From assembly GCF_022493195.1 (NCBI RefSeq), contig NZ_CP028739.1: DNA of 32,000 bases; one strand, given 5' to 3'. Origin of the DNA: Escherichia coli (GTDB taxonomy: Bacteria > Pseudomonadota > Gammaproteobacteria > Enterobacterales > Enterobacteriaceae). Made by a program: the position numbers and the translations under genes. The notes below the pieces were generated by a model. That model had not been told where the DNA came from. It did no database searches and worked only from the letters and a program-made list of their open reading frames with translations. The first letter of the stretch is position 1. Every line of letters begins with the position of its first letter. Of this stretch, positions 9,836 to 19,867 are shown piece by piece.

Positions 9836-11248
9836 CTAATCCACCAGAATAATCTTCAGTGCAAACAGAGTTGCGACCACCACCACACACAGGTTCAGAT
9901 CGCGCCAGCGCCCGGTGCACACTTTCATGATGCAGTACGACATAAAGCCTAGTGCAATCCCTTCGGTGATCGAGAAAGTAAAGGGCATCATCACCGTGGT
10001 AATAAACGCAGGCACCGATTCGGTAAAATCATCCCAGTTAACGCGCGCCAGGCTTGAAGTCATCAGCACGCCAACAAAGATTAACGCTCCGGCGGTTGCG
10101 TAAGGCGGAACCATCGCCACCAGCGGTGAGAAGAACATAACTAACAGGAACATAACGCCGACTACGACAGCCGTCAGCCCCGTGCGACCACCGACAGCCA
10201 CACCTGAAGTACTTTCAATATAGGCGGTAACAGACGAGGTACCGATAAACGCACCCGCCACCGAACTGACGCTATCAACATACAGCGCCTTATTCATATT
10301 GGGGAATTTACCGTTACTATCTATTAAGCCAGCTTTATCAGTCACACCAATTAATGTCCCTGATGAATCAAATAAGTTGATCAGCATAAAGGAGAAAATG
10401 ATACCGGCGAGTTCAAGTGATAACGCACCGCTCAAATCCACTTCACCAATGACGCCGCTAATATCAGGCGGAATGGAATAGACGCCGCTAAAATGAACAT
10501 CACCGAAAAATAATCCACAGCAAGACGTCACCACAATAGAAACAAGCACCGCGGCATGAAAATGACGTGATGACAACACAGTTATAATAAAAAACCCTAA
10601 AATACCTAACAACACGCCGTGAGAACTTAAATCACCAATCATCACCAGGGTGTCTTTATTGGCGACAATAACGCCAGTATTTTTTAATCCCATTAAGGCG
10701 ATAAATAATCCGATTCCGCTGGTGATACCAATACGTAAACTTAATGGAATGTTGGAGATCATCCAGTACCGGATACGAAACAGCGTGAGCAAAAATAGCC
10801 CAACTGCGCCCCAGAATATCGCGCCCATCCCGGTCTGCCAGGAGATACCCATCGCCCCCACGACCACGAAGGCAAAGAAGGCGTTCAGGCCCATTGCCGG
10901 AGCCAGTGCCACGGGTAAGTTAGCAAATACCCCCATCGCAATACTGCCGATACCGGCAATCAAACAGGTGGTAACAAACACCACTTTCGGGTCCATTTGT
11001 GCCGCGCCGAGGATTTGCGGGTTCACAAAAACGATGTACACCATGGTTAAAAAAGTGGTCATCCCCGCAATCAATTCTGTGCGGACGGTGGTCCCATGCT
11101 GAGGTAGTTTAAATAATCGCGAAAGCGTCCCTGATTCATTACTCACGTAATCGGTATTGTCATTATTCATTTTTTTGTCCATTGGAGGAGATTTAATCCC
11201 TTGCTTTTGTAAAACAAATGACAACAACGGTTCAGTGATAATTATCAC
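9836..11248 (-). CDS. adeQ: Adenine permease AdeQ (YicO), NCS2/AzgA-like. The start may be internal (MNNDNTDYVSNES).
   Basis: Xanthine/uracil-permease-type sequence (AzgA-like FFAFVVVGAMGISWQTGMGAIFWGAVGLF), divergent from ade. Confidence 0.93.
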   Translation of the reverse strand: MIIITEPLLSFVLQKQGIKSPPMDKKMNNDNTDYVSNESGTLSRLFKLPQHGTTVRTELIAGMTTFLTMVYIVFVNPQILGAAQMDPKVVFVTTCLIAGIGSIAMGVFANLPVALAPAMGLNAFFAFVVVGAMGISWQTGMGAIFWGAVGLFLLTLFRIRYWMISNIPLSLRIGITSGIGLFIALMGLKNTGVIVANKDTLVMIGDLSSHGVLLGILGFFIITVLSSRHFHAAVLVSIVVTSCCGLFFGDVHFSGVYSIPPDISGVIGEVDLSGALSLELAGIIFSFMLINLFDSSGTLIGVTDKAGLIDSNGKFPNMNKALYVDSVSSVAGAFIGTSSVTAYIESTSGVAVGGRTGLTAVVVGVMFLLVMFFSPLVAMVPPYATAGALIFVGVLMTSSLARVNWDDFTESVPAFITTVMMPFTFSITEGIALGFMSYCIMKVCTGRWRDLNLCVVVVATLFALKIILVD

Positions 11249-11344
11249 ATTTCAATTGCACATTAATGGATATTCTTTAATAATCTCGCGACGTTTCTTT
11301 ATGATAAATAATAATCAAATTGATAAAATCAAAATGAGAAAAAT

Positions 11345-13111
11345 ATGAATAATTCTATTAACCATAAATTTCATCACATTAGCCGGGCTGAATACCAGGA
11401 ATTGTTAGCCGTTTCCCGTGGAGACGCTGTTGCCGATTATATTATTGATAATGTCTCTATTCTCGACCTGATCAATGGCGGAGAAATTTCCGGCCCAATT
11501 GTGATTAAAGGACGTTACATTGCCGGTGTTGGCGCAGAATACGCTGATGCTCCGGCTTTGCAGCGGATTGATGCCCGCGGCGCAACGGCGGTGCCAGGGT
11601 TTATTGATGCTCACCTGCATATTGAATCCAGCATGATGACGCCGGTCACCTTTGAAACTGCTACCCTGCCGCGCGGCCTGACGACCGTTATTTGCGACCC
11701 TCATGAAATCGTCAACGTGATGGGAGAAGCCGGATTCGCCTGGTTTGCCCGCTGTGCCGAACAGGCAAGGCAAAACCAGTACTTACAGGTCAGCTCTTGC
11801 GTACCCGCCCTGGAAGGCTGCGATGTTAATGGTGCCAGTTTTACCCTTGAACAGATGCTCGCCTGGCGGGACCATCCGCAGGTTACCGGCCTTGCAGAAA
11901 TGATGGACTACCCTGGCGTAATTAGCGGGCAGAATGCGCTGCTCGATAAACTGGACGCATTTCGCCACCTGACACTGGACGGTCACTGCCCGGGTTTGGG
12001 TGGTAAAGAACTTAACGCCTATATTGCTGCGGGTATTGAAAACTGCCACGAAAGTTATCAGTTGGAAGAAGGACGCCGGAAATTGCAACTCGGCATGTCA
12101 TTGATGATCCGTGAAGGGTCCGCAGCCCGCAATCTCAACGCGCTGGCACCGTTGATCAACGAATTTAACAGCCCGCAATGCATGCTCTGTACCGATGACC
12201 GTAACCCGTGGGAGATCGCCCATGAAGGACACATCGATGCCTTAATTCGCCGCCTGATCGAACAACACAATGTACCGCTGCATGTGGCATATCGCGTAGC
12301 CAGCTGGTCGACGGCGCGCCATTTTGGTCTGAATCACCTCGGCTTACTGGCACCCGGCAAGCAGGCCGATATCGTCCTGTTGAGCGATGCGCGTAAGGTC
12401 ACGGTGCAGCAGGTACTGGTGAAAGGCGAGCCGATCGATGCACAAACCTTACAGGCGGAAGAGTCGGCGAGACTGGCACAATCCGCCCCGCCATATGGCA
12501 ATACCATTGATCGCCAGCCAGTTTCCGCCAGCGACTTTGCCCTGCAATTTACCCCCGGAAAACGCTATCGCGTTATTGAGGTAATCCATAACGAACTGAT
12601 CACGCACTCCCGCTCCAGCGTCTACAGCGAAAACGGTTTTGATCGCGATGATGTGTGCTTTATTGCCGTTCTTGAGCGTTACGGACAACGACTGGCTCCG
12701 GCCTGTGGTTTGCTCGGCGGCTTTGGCCTGAATGAAGGTGCGCTGGCTGCGACGGTCAGCCATGACAGCCATAATATTGTAGTGATCGGTCGTAGCGCAG
12801 AAGAGATGGCGCTGGCGGTCAATCAGGTGATTCAGGATGGCGGCGGGCTGTGCGTGGTCCGTAACGGCCAGGTACAAAGTCATCTACCGTTGCCCATTGC
12901 CGGGCTAATGAGCACCGACACGGCGCAGTCACTGGCGGAGCAAATTGACGCCCTGAAAGCCGCCGCCCGTGAATGCGGTCCGTTACCCGATGAGCCGTTT
13001 ATTCAGATGGCGTTTCTTTCCCTGCCAGTGATCCCCGCGCTGAAACTAACCAGTCAGGGGCTGTTTGATGGCGAGAAGTTTGCCTTCACTACGCTGGAAT
13101 TCACGGAATAA
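11345..13111 (+). CDS. ade: Adenine deaminase (588 aa)
   Basis: Metal-dependent amidohydrolase motif [16 protein letters not shown] and full-length Ade sequence. Confidence 0.97.
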   Translation: MNNSINHKFHHISRAEYQELLAVSRGDAVADYIIDNVSILDLINGGEISGPIVIKGRYIAGVGAEYADAPALQRIDARGATAVPGFIDAHLHIESSMMTPVTFETATLPRGLTTVICDPHEIVNVMGEAGFAWFARCAEQARQNQYLQVSSCVPALEGCDVNGASFTLEQMLAWRDHPQVTGLAEMMDYPGVISGQNALLDKLDAFRHLTLDGHCPGLGGKELNAYIAAGIENCHESYQLEEGRRKLQLGMSLMIREGSAARNLNALAPLINEFNSPQCMLCTDDRNPWEIAHEGHIDALIRRLIEQHNVPLHVAYRVASWSTARHFGLNHLGLLAPGKQADIVLLSDARKVTVQQVLVKGEPIDAQTLQAEESARLAQSAPPYGNTIDRQPVSASDFALQFTPGKRYRVIEVIHNELITHSRSSVYSENGFDRDDVCFIAVLERYGQRLAPACGLLGGFGLNEGALAATVSHDSHNIVVIGRSAEEMALAVNQVIQDGGGLCVVRNGQVQSHLPLPIAGLMSTDTAQSLAEQIDALKAAARECGPLPDEPFIQMAFLSLPVIPALKLTSQGLFDGEKFAFTTLEFTE

Positions 13112-13112
13112 T

Positions 13113-13140
13113 AAAAAAAAGCCCGGCGTCATGCCGGGCA
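13113..13140 (-). terminator. Rho-independent terminator, strongest for uhpT (minus strand); could also serve ade
   Basis: aaaaaaaagcccggcgtcatgccgggc: GC-rich stem with an A-run on the plus side, i.e. a U-run in a minus-strand transcript. Confidence 0.85.
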
Positions 13141-13157
13141 AAAGTCACCAGTTACGT

Positions 13158-14549
13158 TTATGCCACTGTCAACTGCTGAATTTTTTTCTCGCGGCGGATT
13201 TTGCGTTCTTCCATCACCGCCACTATCGCCATCAGGCAGATACAACCAATCGCGGCGATATCCAGCGCGGCGAAGGTGCCTGCCCAGCCGGTAAGGCCAA
13301 ATACCGGCGTCCCATCGGCAATCATTCCCAGACCTAACTTGGCAAAGCTGTCACCAATCAGGTAAGCGAAGGTGCCTTTAATACCATCGGCAGCGCCAAT
13401 CGCTTTTTTAGGTACAAAGCCAACAGCCGCCACACCAATCAACAATTGCGGGCCAAAGACCAGGAAACCCAACGCAAAGAGAGAAGCCAGGTAGATATAT
13501 TCGTTGCTGGCGTGTTGATACACACCGAGCGTGGCGATAATCAGCGCCAGCGCGATACAGGCCACCAGGCCACGGCGACCGTTCGCCAGGTCAGAGAGCC
13601 AGCCCCACAGCAGCGTACCGACCAGCGCACCAGCTTCAAACAGCGTAAAGCCCTGAATCGCCACCGCTTTAGAGAGTTTCAGTTCCTGGAACGCATACAC
13701 GGTTGACCACTGGTCGATACCAATACGCACCACATAGAGGAAAATGTTGGCAAAGCACAGCAGCCAGATCACTTTGTTTTTCAGCACATACTCAACAAAG
13801 ATCTGCCACTTGGTCATATCGGTAGATTCTGTCTCTTTATCCTCTTCACTGATCTCCTCGCCAAACAGCTCTTCAGCTTTGCCGAGGCCATAAGATTCCG
13901 GGGAGTCGCTGCCGTAACGCAGACCAATAAAACCAACAATCAGCGCGATAATCGACGGGAAAATAAACATGCCGATGACATGACCATCGAACAGGTAATT
14001 TGCGCCGAACAGCGCCACACCTGCTGCGCCTGCACCACCAAGGTTGTGAGAAATGTTCCAGAAACCGAGGAATGTCCCGCGTTTACGACGCGGCGTCCAT
14101 TTGGTGATGGTGGAGTAACTGCACGAACCGCCGGTACTCTGGAAAAAGCCGCTCAAGGCGTAGAAGGCAATCATCAGGAACAGGCTAACCGAGCCGCTGC
14201 CCATACTGGCACTGAAGCCCAGCATACAAATGGCAGACAGGATCAGCATGAACGGCAGGAATTGTTTGGTGTTTTTGCCGTCGGCGTAGTAAGAAACCAG
14301 CGTTTTACCCACGCCATAAGTGATGGAGAAGCCCAGGCCGATCATCCCCAGCTGCGTCATGCTCAACCCGTAGGTCGAGATCATGTCGTTCTGCGCGATG
14401 TTAAAGTTCTTGCGAATCAGGTACATCGTAAGGTAGCCGATAAAGACCACCAGGTAGGATTGCATGAACGGTTTGAACCACATTTTGCGCCGCACTTCGA
14501 GCGGAAGGTCCAGGGTCGGCTTGCGAACCTGGTTTAAGAAAGCCAGCAT
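13158..14549 (-). CDS. uhpT: Hexose-6-phosphate:phosphate antiporter UhpT
   Basis: 463 aa [50 protein letters not shown]..., OPA-family transporter. Confidence 0.98.
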
Positions 14550-14586
14550 GGGTTACTCCTGAAATGAATACCTGCGTGAGGCATGC

Positions 14587-14640
14587 ATTGTAAAAATCAG
14601 CAGCAAATCAGGCCTGAGATAGCGTCCAGGCAAAACCTGG
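14587..14640 (-). promoter_or_regulatory. uhpT promoter with probable UhpA-binding region and -10 TACAAT
   Basis: Minus strand ccaggttttgcctggacgctatctcaggcc upstream of tttttacaatgc (TACAAT at 14592-14587), located between uhpT and uhpC. Confidence 0.55.
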
Positions 14641-14686
14641 AAAATTTCTTAGTTTTGCCGGATATGAAGTGAAAAGGTGAGATGCA

Positions 14687-16009
14687 TCACGCTTCTCGCG
14701 GTGTCTGGGCGTTCAAAAAGGGCAGTAATAGCAGTGCGGAAATCCCGGCGGCGATGGCGATAACCACAAAAAATCCGCTCCAGTGCCAGGTATCGAGTAC
14801 TTTCGCCAGCGGCCAACCAGCAAGCGACGCACCAAGATAAGCAAACAAGCCGACAAATCCCGTCGCCGCCCCTGCCGCCTCTTTGTGGGAACACTCTGCC
14901 GCCGCCATGCCGATTAACATCTGCGGGCCAAAGACAAAAAAACCAATGGTGAAGAAGCAGGTTGCCTGCATCACGTAGCTGGCAAATGGCATCAGCCACA
15001 GCGAGCCGACTGAAAGCAAAATTCCGGCGGCGAAAATCAAATTCATCGGCCCGCGGTTGCCGTTAAACAGTTTGTCCGAACCCCAACCCGCTACCAGCGC
15101 ACCGATAAATCCGCCCAGTTCAAACATTGTCACTGCCGTATTCGCCGTGACCAGATCGACGCCCAGCATCTCGGACATATACAAATTGCCCCAGTCGTTG
15201 ATCGCCGCCCGAACCACATAGACCAGCACATAGCAAAACGAAAGCAGCCAGATATACGGATTCAGCAACACATATTTGGTGAGGATCTCTTTACGCGTCA
15301 GCCCTGCCCCTTCTTGTTGTTGAGCAATCTCCAGTGCGTCGTGCCGCCATTCACCAACCGCCGGTAAACCTAACGCCTGCGGGCGATCGCGCAGCCGCCA
15401 GCAGAGAAAAATCCCCACGACTATCGCCATACAACCCGCAATCATCATCCCGGCACGCCAGCCGTAATGCAGCGCGCTCGCTGCCATCACAATGGGAATG
15501 AGTGCGCCGCCGACGTTATGCGCCGTGTTCCATAATGCCCACCAACCGCCGCGCTCGGTACGAGAATACCAGGCGGTTAACAGACGCGCACACACCGGTG
15601 AACCCCAGCCCTGGAAAAAGGCGTTCAACACCCAAAGCACGGCAAACGCCCATAGCGACGTCGAGAAGCCAAACAGAATGTTGATAATGCCCGTGGCAAT
15701 AAGCCCTATCCCCATAAAATAACGGGCATTTGAGCGATCGCTGACAATGCCGGAGACAAACTTCGACACGCCGTAGGTAATGTAAAACAGGGTCGCTAAC
15801 AGGCCAATATCGCTACGGCTGAGCACGCCGTTAGCAAGGATTTCTGGTACGGCGGCGTTAAAACTTTTACGCGTGAAGTAAAACAGCGCGTAACCCAGCC
15901 AGATGGTCAGCAGAATATGCCGACGCCAGTAGCGATAGCGGGCATCAATTTCATGTTTATCAGTCATTAATGGCGCATCGGCGGGCGCTTTCAGAAACGG
16001 CAACATCAT
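14687..16009 (-). CDS. uhpC: UhpC membrane sensor for glucose-6-phosphate
   Basis: 440 aa OPA-family homologue of UhpT with the uhpBC gene context. Confidence 0.97.
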   Translation of the reverse strand: MMLPFLKAPADAPLMTDKHEIDARYRYWRRHILLTIWLGYALFYFTRKSFNAAVPEILANGVLSRSDIGLLATLFYITYGVSKFVSGIVSDRSNARYFMGIGLIATGIINILFGFSTSLWAFAVLWVLNAFFQGWGSPVCARLLTAWYSRTERGGWWALWNTAHNVGGALIPIVMAASALHYGWRAGMMIAGCMAIVVGIFLCWRLRDRPQALGLPAVGEWRHDALEIAQQQEGAGLTRKEILTKYVLLNPYIWLLSFCYVLVYVVRAAINDWGNLYMSEMLGVDLVTANTAVTMFELGGFIGALVAGWGSDKLFNGNRGPMNLIFAAGILLSVGSLWLMPFASYVMQATCFFTIGFFVFGPQMLIGMAAAECSHKEAAGAATGFVGLFAYLGASLAGWPLAKVLDTWHWSGFFVVIAIAAGISALLLLPFLNAQTPREA

Positions 16010-16015
16010 CGAACC

Positions 16016-17521
16016 TTAGACATAACGTTGAGGTAGAGAAACGCTGACACGCGTGCCGTGCAGACAGGAAATGGTCAATGTGCCACCCAGCGCCGTTACG
16101 CGCTCGCGCATTCCGGTAAGGCCAAAACCGTGTTGCCCGGAATCTGGCGGTAAACCGCTGCCATCGTCTTCAATCACCAGCATCAACCGTTCATCCTGCT
16201 GCCAGCCTTGCAGGGTGACCGCGCTGGCATCAGCATGTTTCACAATGTTGTTCAGCCCTTCCTGGCAGACACGAAACAGCGTCACTCGCTGGTTTTCGCT
16301 TAACGCTGATTCATCGATTCGCCATTCGAGATGGCTGACAATGCCGCGCCCTTCCAGCTCCATTTCCCGCATCAGTGAGCGGATGGCCTGCTCCAGGGTG
16401 AGATCATCCAACTGGCGCGGACGTAACCGACCTAACAAGCGGCGCACCGCGTCGTAAACGCCCAACGACAACTGTTCGATGAGCTGCCCGCTCTGTTTCA
16501 CGCTGGCGTTATCCGCCGCGAGCCGCTGGACAATGCCCGCTTGAGTTCGAATAGCAGTAATGGTCTGACCGATATCATCGTGCAGCTCACGTGCCACATC
16601 ACGGCGCACGCTCTCTTCGGTTTCCAGCAACCGTTCAGCGAGATGCTGATTGCGCGCCAGTTCCTTTTGCAGCGACTGGTTAAGTTCACGCAACCGCTGG
16701 ATGCCAGCGCCCAGTAACAACCCTGTCAGACTTTGCACCAGCAGCGAGAGCAATAAATCCACCGGATGATCGCGCCAGGTTTGACTGGCGATCAGCGCGA
16801 TGGCGTTCATCAATGTCGCAATCAGCGCTCCTTGCCAACCATAGTGCCAGGCCAGCGCGATAATCGGCAGCGCCAGACAGAATGGCGTAAAGCGCGACAG
16901 TTCGTCCGGCAATCCCAACTGGAGCCAGAGACTGATAACAAACAGCAGCAAGTACCAGACCAGATGCCGCCCACGCCAGTTGATTGGTTGAGAAACCAGT
17001 GACGGGCCGAGCGGCAGCCAGGTGTTATTGGCGAGATAGTGCCAGAACACCAGACATATCGGGGCCAACGTCAGGCCGCCAGTTAAAGTCAGCAGTAGCG
17101 CATTCCACGACTCTTTGCCGTGCCAAAGCCAGGGCAGCGACTGCAACAACGCCGCCGCCGTTAATGCCGCACCCTGTAACAGCAAGGTGCGCCAGTCACG
17201 TTGATGGCGATAGCGCGAGATCAGCGCCACGGGCAGTAACGTCAGTAAACTACCGATCATCAATAAGGAGAAATGGGTTAAACCGACCGCCTGCGTTAAC
17301 CAGTAAATCAGCAGCCACTCCGCGCCCAGCAACACCGGCCAGTATCCGCGCGGGCATTGCAGCATTAGCCCTAGCCGCAGGCCAAACGGAAATAACAGTA
17401 CCGCCATATCAGGGCGCTCAACCAGGTGCAGGCTGATACTCCACAGGCAAAACCATGCGGCAGAGAAGATAAAAAAGCAGGCAATAACGGTAATTAAGCG
17501 GGAGAACAACGTCTTCATCAC
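16016..17521 (-). CDS. uhpB: Sensor histidine kinase UhpB
   Basis: MASE1-like membrane domain, DHp motif [21 protein letters not shown], and HATPase G-box [10 protein letters not shown]...[13 protein letters not shown]. Confidence 0.97.
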
Positions 17522-18108
17522 CAGCCATCAAACATGCGGCGCGCCAGTTCAACGTCGTTACTGACGCCCAGTTTTTCCATCAGGTTGGCGCGATGGACAT
17601 GTACCGTTTTCGGTGACAAGCCCAGTTCGGCAGCAATCTCTTTCACCGCCATTCCTTGCGCCAGTTTTTCCGCCACCTGGCGTTCGCGTTTGGTTAGCGG
17701 GTCCTGGCGACCGGATGCCAGTTTAATGGCAATATCCGGCGTCAGATAACAGCCGCCCGTGGCAACCGTATGCACCGCAGCAATGAGTTCATCCGGGCTA
17801 CAGCGTTTGGAGAGAAAACCGCGCGCCCCCGCGTTAAGCGCCTGCTCAACCAGCGCCGGACTGTCATGAACGGAGAGCATAATTGTCGCCATGCCTTTCG
17901 GCAGCTGGCTTAGAAGCTCCAGACCGGAGATATCAGGCATGGAGATATCGCAAATACACACCTGCACACCGCGCCCCGGCAGCCCCGCCAGCGCCTCGCG
18001 CCCCGAACCAAACTCGGCAACTACCTGCAAATCAGGTTCCAGCCCCAGCAGCTGCGCAAAGCCGGAGCGGACGATAAGGTGATCGTCTATAAGGGCAACG
18101 GTGATCAT
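17518..18108 (-). CDS. uhpA: LuxR/NarL-type response regulator UhpA
   Basis: [22 protein letters not shown]... with C-terminal [43 protein letters not shown]. Overlaps uhpB by 4 nt. Confidence 0.98.
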
Positions 18109-18378
18109 GGTCTTGTCCTGGCGGGTAATAAAACGCGCTTACCTTAACGATAAGCGCGCCACTGTTCAAGCCTTGAGCGGTTACTGAAAAAAGCTGCGCT
18201 CCTGTTGCTTGTGAAAAGAAATGATGCCTTCAAGGTTTGGTATATCGACTAATCATTAAAAACGCTGGCAGCATTAATACCTTGTTAGTATCCATTTTGA
18301 ATAAGAAAAATATATATTTTATATTTATAGTTTGATTGTTTGTATATTTATGAATTATTACTTCAGTATAAAAACCAC

Positions 18379-18424
18379 TCTCTAAATAATTCGCAGACAC
18401 AGCACATGCAACTTGAAGTATGAC
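18379..18424 (+). repeat. Internally deleted ERIC element
   Basis: tctctaaataattcg|cagacacagcacatgcaacttgaagtatgac. Both ERIC termini are joined, with the central ~70 bp missing, judged against the full-length copy at 19402-19528. Confidence 0.8.
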
Positions 18425-18522
18425 AAGCATGCCTGCTTCATTATTACACTTTAATAATAAAACCCACCGATTAATGTACAAAAAAATCCCTGCGTGATAT
18501 TGTCTGTAAAAAAGGAGCAGAT

Positions 18523-19383
18523 ATGCGCACTCACCCTCACTTAATAAAACAAACTATTGATCCACGACTCATTAATGAAATAAACAAAAGAACACAAAGC
18601 AACAGTGAGAAGTTATCAAACAGTGATAAATTAACATATATTAATGACAACTACTGTGAGATAACGCGAAACTACACGTCATTTTATGGTATGAACATGC
18701 TGAGCATCGTTCTTTTCTTACCTATCGTTATTTTATGTTTTGCCTCTGTTTTATTCTTTATATATGACATAACATTTAACTTCGAACGATACTTAGATAC
18801 GTGGAGATACAGAGCAGACTCTGAGTTAATGCTACATATTGCTTACTGCGCAATTTTTTTCATGTCTTTTGTTTTTGCTGCTATTCTAAATTATTTTATC
18901 TTTGCTCCGCGACATTACCCAATCCGTTTTAATAGAAAAACAGGAAAGGTCTATATTTGTGATTATATTCTTAATGATATGAGTCATAAATCAACTTATA
19001 CTTTCTGGTGGCACTATCCATTCTATAAACATACCAAGCCTGAATATAAAGAGTACGACTGGGAACAAATTCAAGGTATAGCTTTTTTTGCACAAAATCG
19101 CCATTCCTCATACTCCACTATTCGCTGTATTGTTTATGAATCATTAGACAGTACAAATATTATTGACACCTTTAACCTGATAACGACAGAGAGTGCTATA
19201 GATGCATTGCATATGACAAATCACAAATTATGGTTATGGATTAATAGCTTTATGAATTTTGACGATGAGTTTTTAGAGAAATCTATCAATACTGCTCCAG
19301 GTATTTGGGGCCGTGAAGTGAATTGGCCTGAAGATATGAATAAGAAATCAATGTTGTCTTCAATGGACGAATATATACTCTGA
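18523..19383 (+). CDS. Unknown two-TM membrane protein, 286 aa. Possibly similar to DUF6708-type proteins.
   Basis: Good SD (aaaggagcagat) before ATG. Two hydrophobic helices (NMLSIVLFLPIVILCFASVLFFIYD; LMLHIAYCAIFFMSFVFAAILNYFIF) and a C-terminal soluble domain with HYPIRFNRKTGKVYICDY. The sequence is AT-rich. The family call is by recall only. Confidence 0.75.
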   Translation: MRTHPHLIKQTIDPRLINEINKRTQSNSEKLSNSDKLTYINDNYCEITRNYTSFYGMNMLSIVLFLPIVILCFASVLFFIYDITFNFERYLDTWRYRADSELMLHIAYCAIFFMSFVFAAILNYFIFAPRHYPIRFNRKTGKVYICDYILNDMSHKSTYTFWWHYPFYKHTKPEYKEYDWEQIQGIAFFAQNRHSSYSTIRCIVYESLDSTNIIDTFNLITTESAIDALHMTNHKLWLWINSFMNFDDEFLEKSINTAPGIWGREVNWPEDMNKKSMLSSMDEYIL

Positions 19384-19399
19384 ATAATTCGAGTTACAG
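19372..19399 (+). repeat. ERIC terminus fragment overlapping the 3' end of the 18523..19383 gene
   Basis: tatatactctgaataattcgagttacag is the inverted near-repeat of ctgcaactcgaattatttagagtatata at 19503-19530, with 2 mismatches. Confidence 0.75.
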
Positions 19400-19401
19400 A
19401 A

Positions 19402-19528
19402 TATACTCGTCATACTTCAAGTTGCATGTGCTGCGTCTGCGTTCGCTCCCCCCAGTCACTTACTTATGTAAGCTCCTGGGGATTCACTCGCTTGTCGCCT
19501 TCCTGCAACTCGAATTATTTAGAGTATA
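19402..19528 (-). repeat. Full-length ERIC (IRU) element, about 127 bp
   Basis: Contains the diagnostic ERIC core cagtcacttacttatgtaagctcctggggattcac. Confidence 0.95.
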
Positions 19529-19532
19529 TAAG

Positions 19533-19565
19533 CTCGCCCGGATGTAAATATCCCATCCAGGCGAG
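19533..19565 (-). terminator. Hairpin downstream of ilvN, probable terminator
   Basis: Minus strand ctcgcctggatgggatatttacatccgggcgag is a strong stem-loop directly after the ilvN stop. The U-tract is weak. Confidence 0.55.
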
Positions 19566-19573
19566 AAAATCAC

Positions 19574-19864
19574 TTACTGAAAAAACACCGCAATCTTGTT
19601 AAACATGGTCGGATCGGACTGATTACGCTGCACTTTCACCACATCTTCCAGCTTGTCGATTTGGCTTATCATCTGCTCCAGACGCTGGTCGTCATTGACC
19701 AGTAGCCAGATGTGGCTTTTGTCGCTGTCCTGAATCGGCAGGCAGAGAATGCCTTCAACGTTAAAAGCGCGACGGGCAAAAAGGCCACAAACGTGGGTCA
19801 TTACACCCGGATGGTTGCGAACGGTGAGTTCCAGAATCACGTTATCATGAGTTGTGTTTTGCAT
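19574..19864 (-). CDS. ilvN: Acetolactate synthase I small subunit
   Basis: 96 aa ACT-domain protein [39 protein letters not shown]... Confidence 0.97.
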
Positions 19865-19867
19865 GGC

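Noticed and set aside
13113-13140. Palindrome gcccggcgtcatgccgggc considered as a REP or operator
   Set aside because: Its position between convergent ade and uhpT, with an adjacent A/U tract, fits a shared terminator better.
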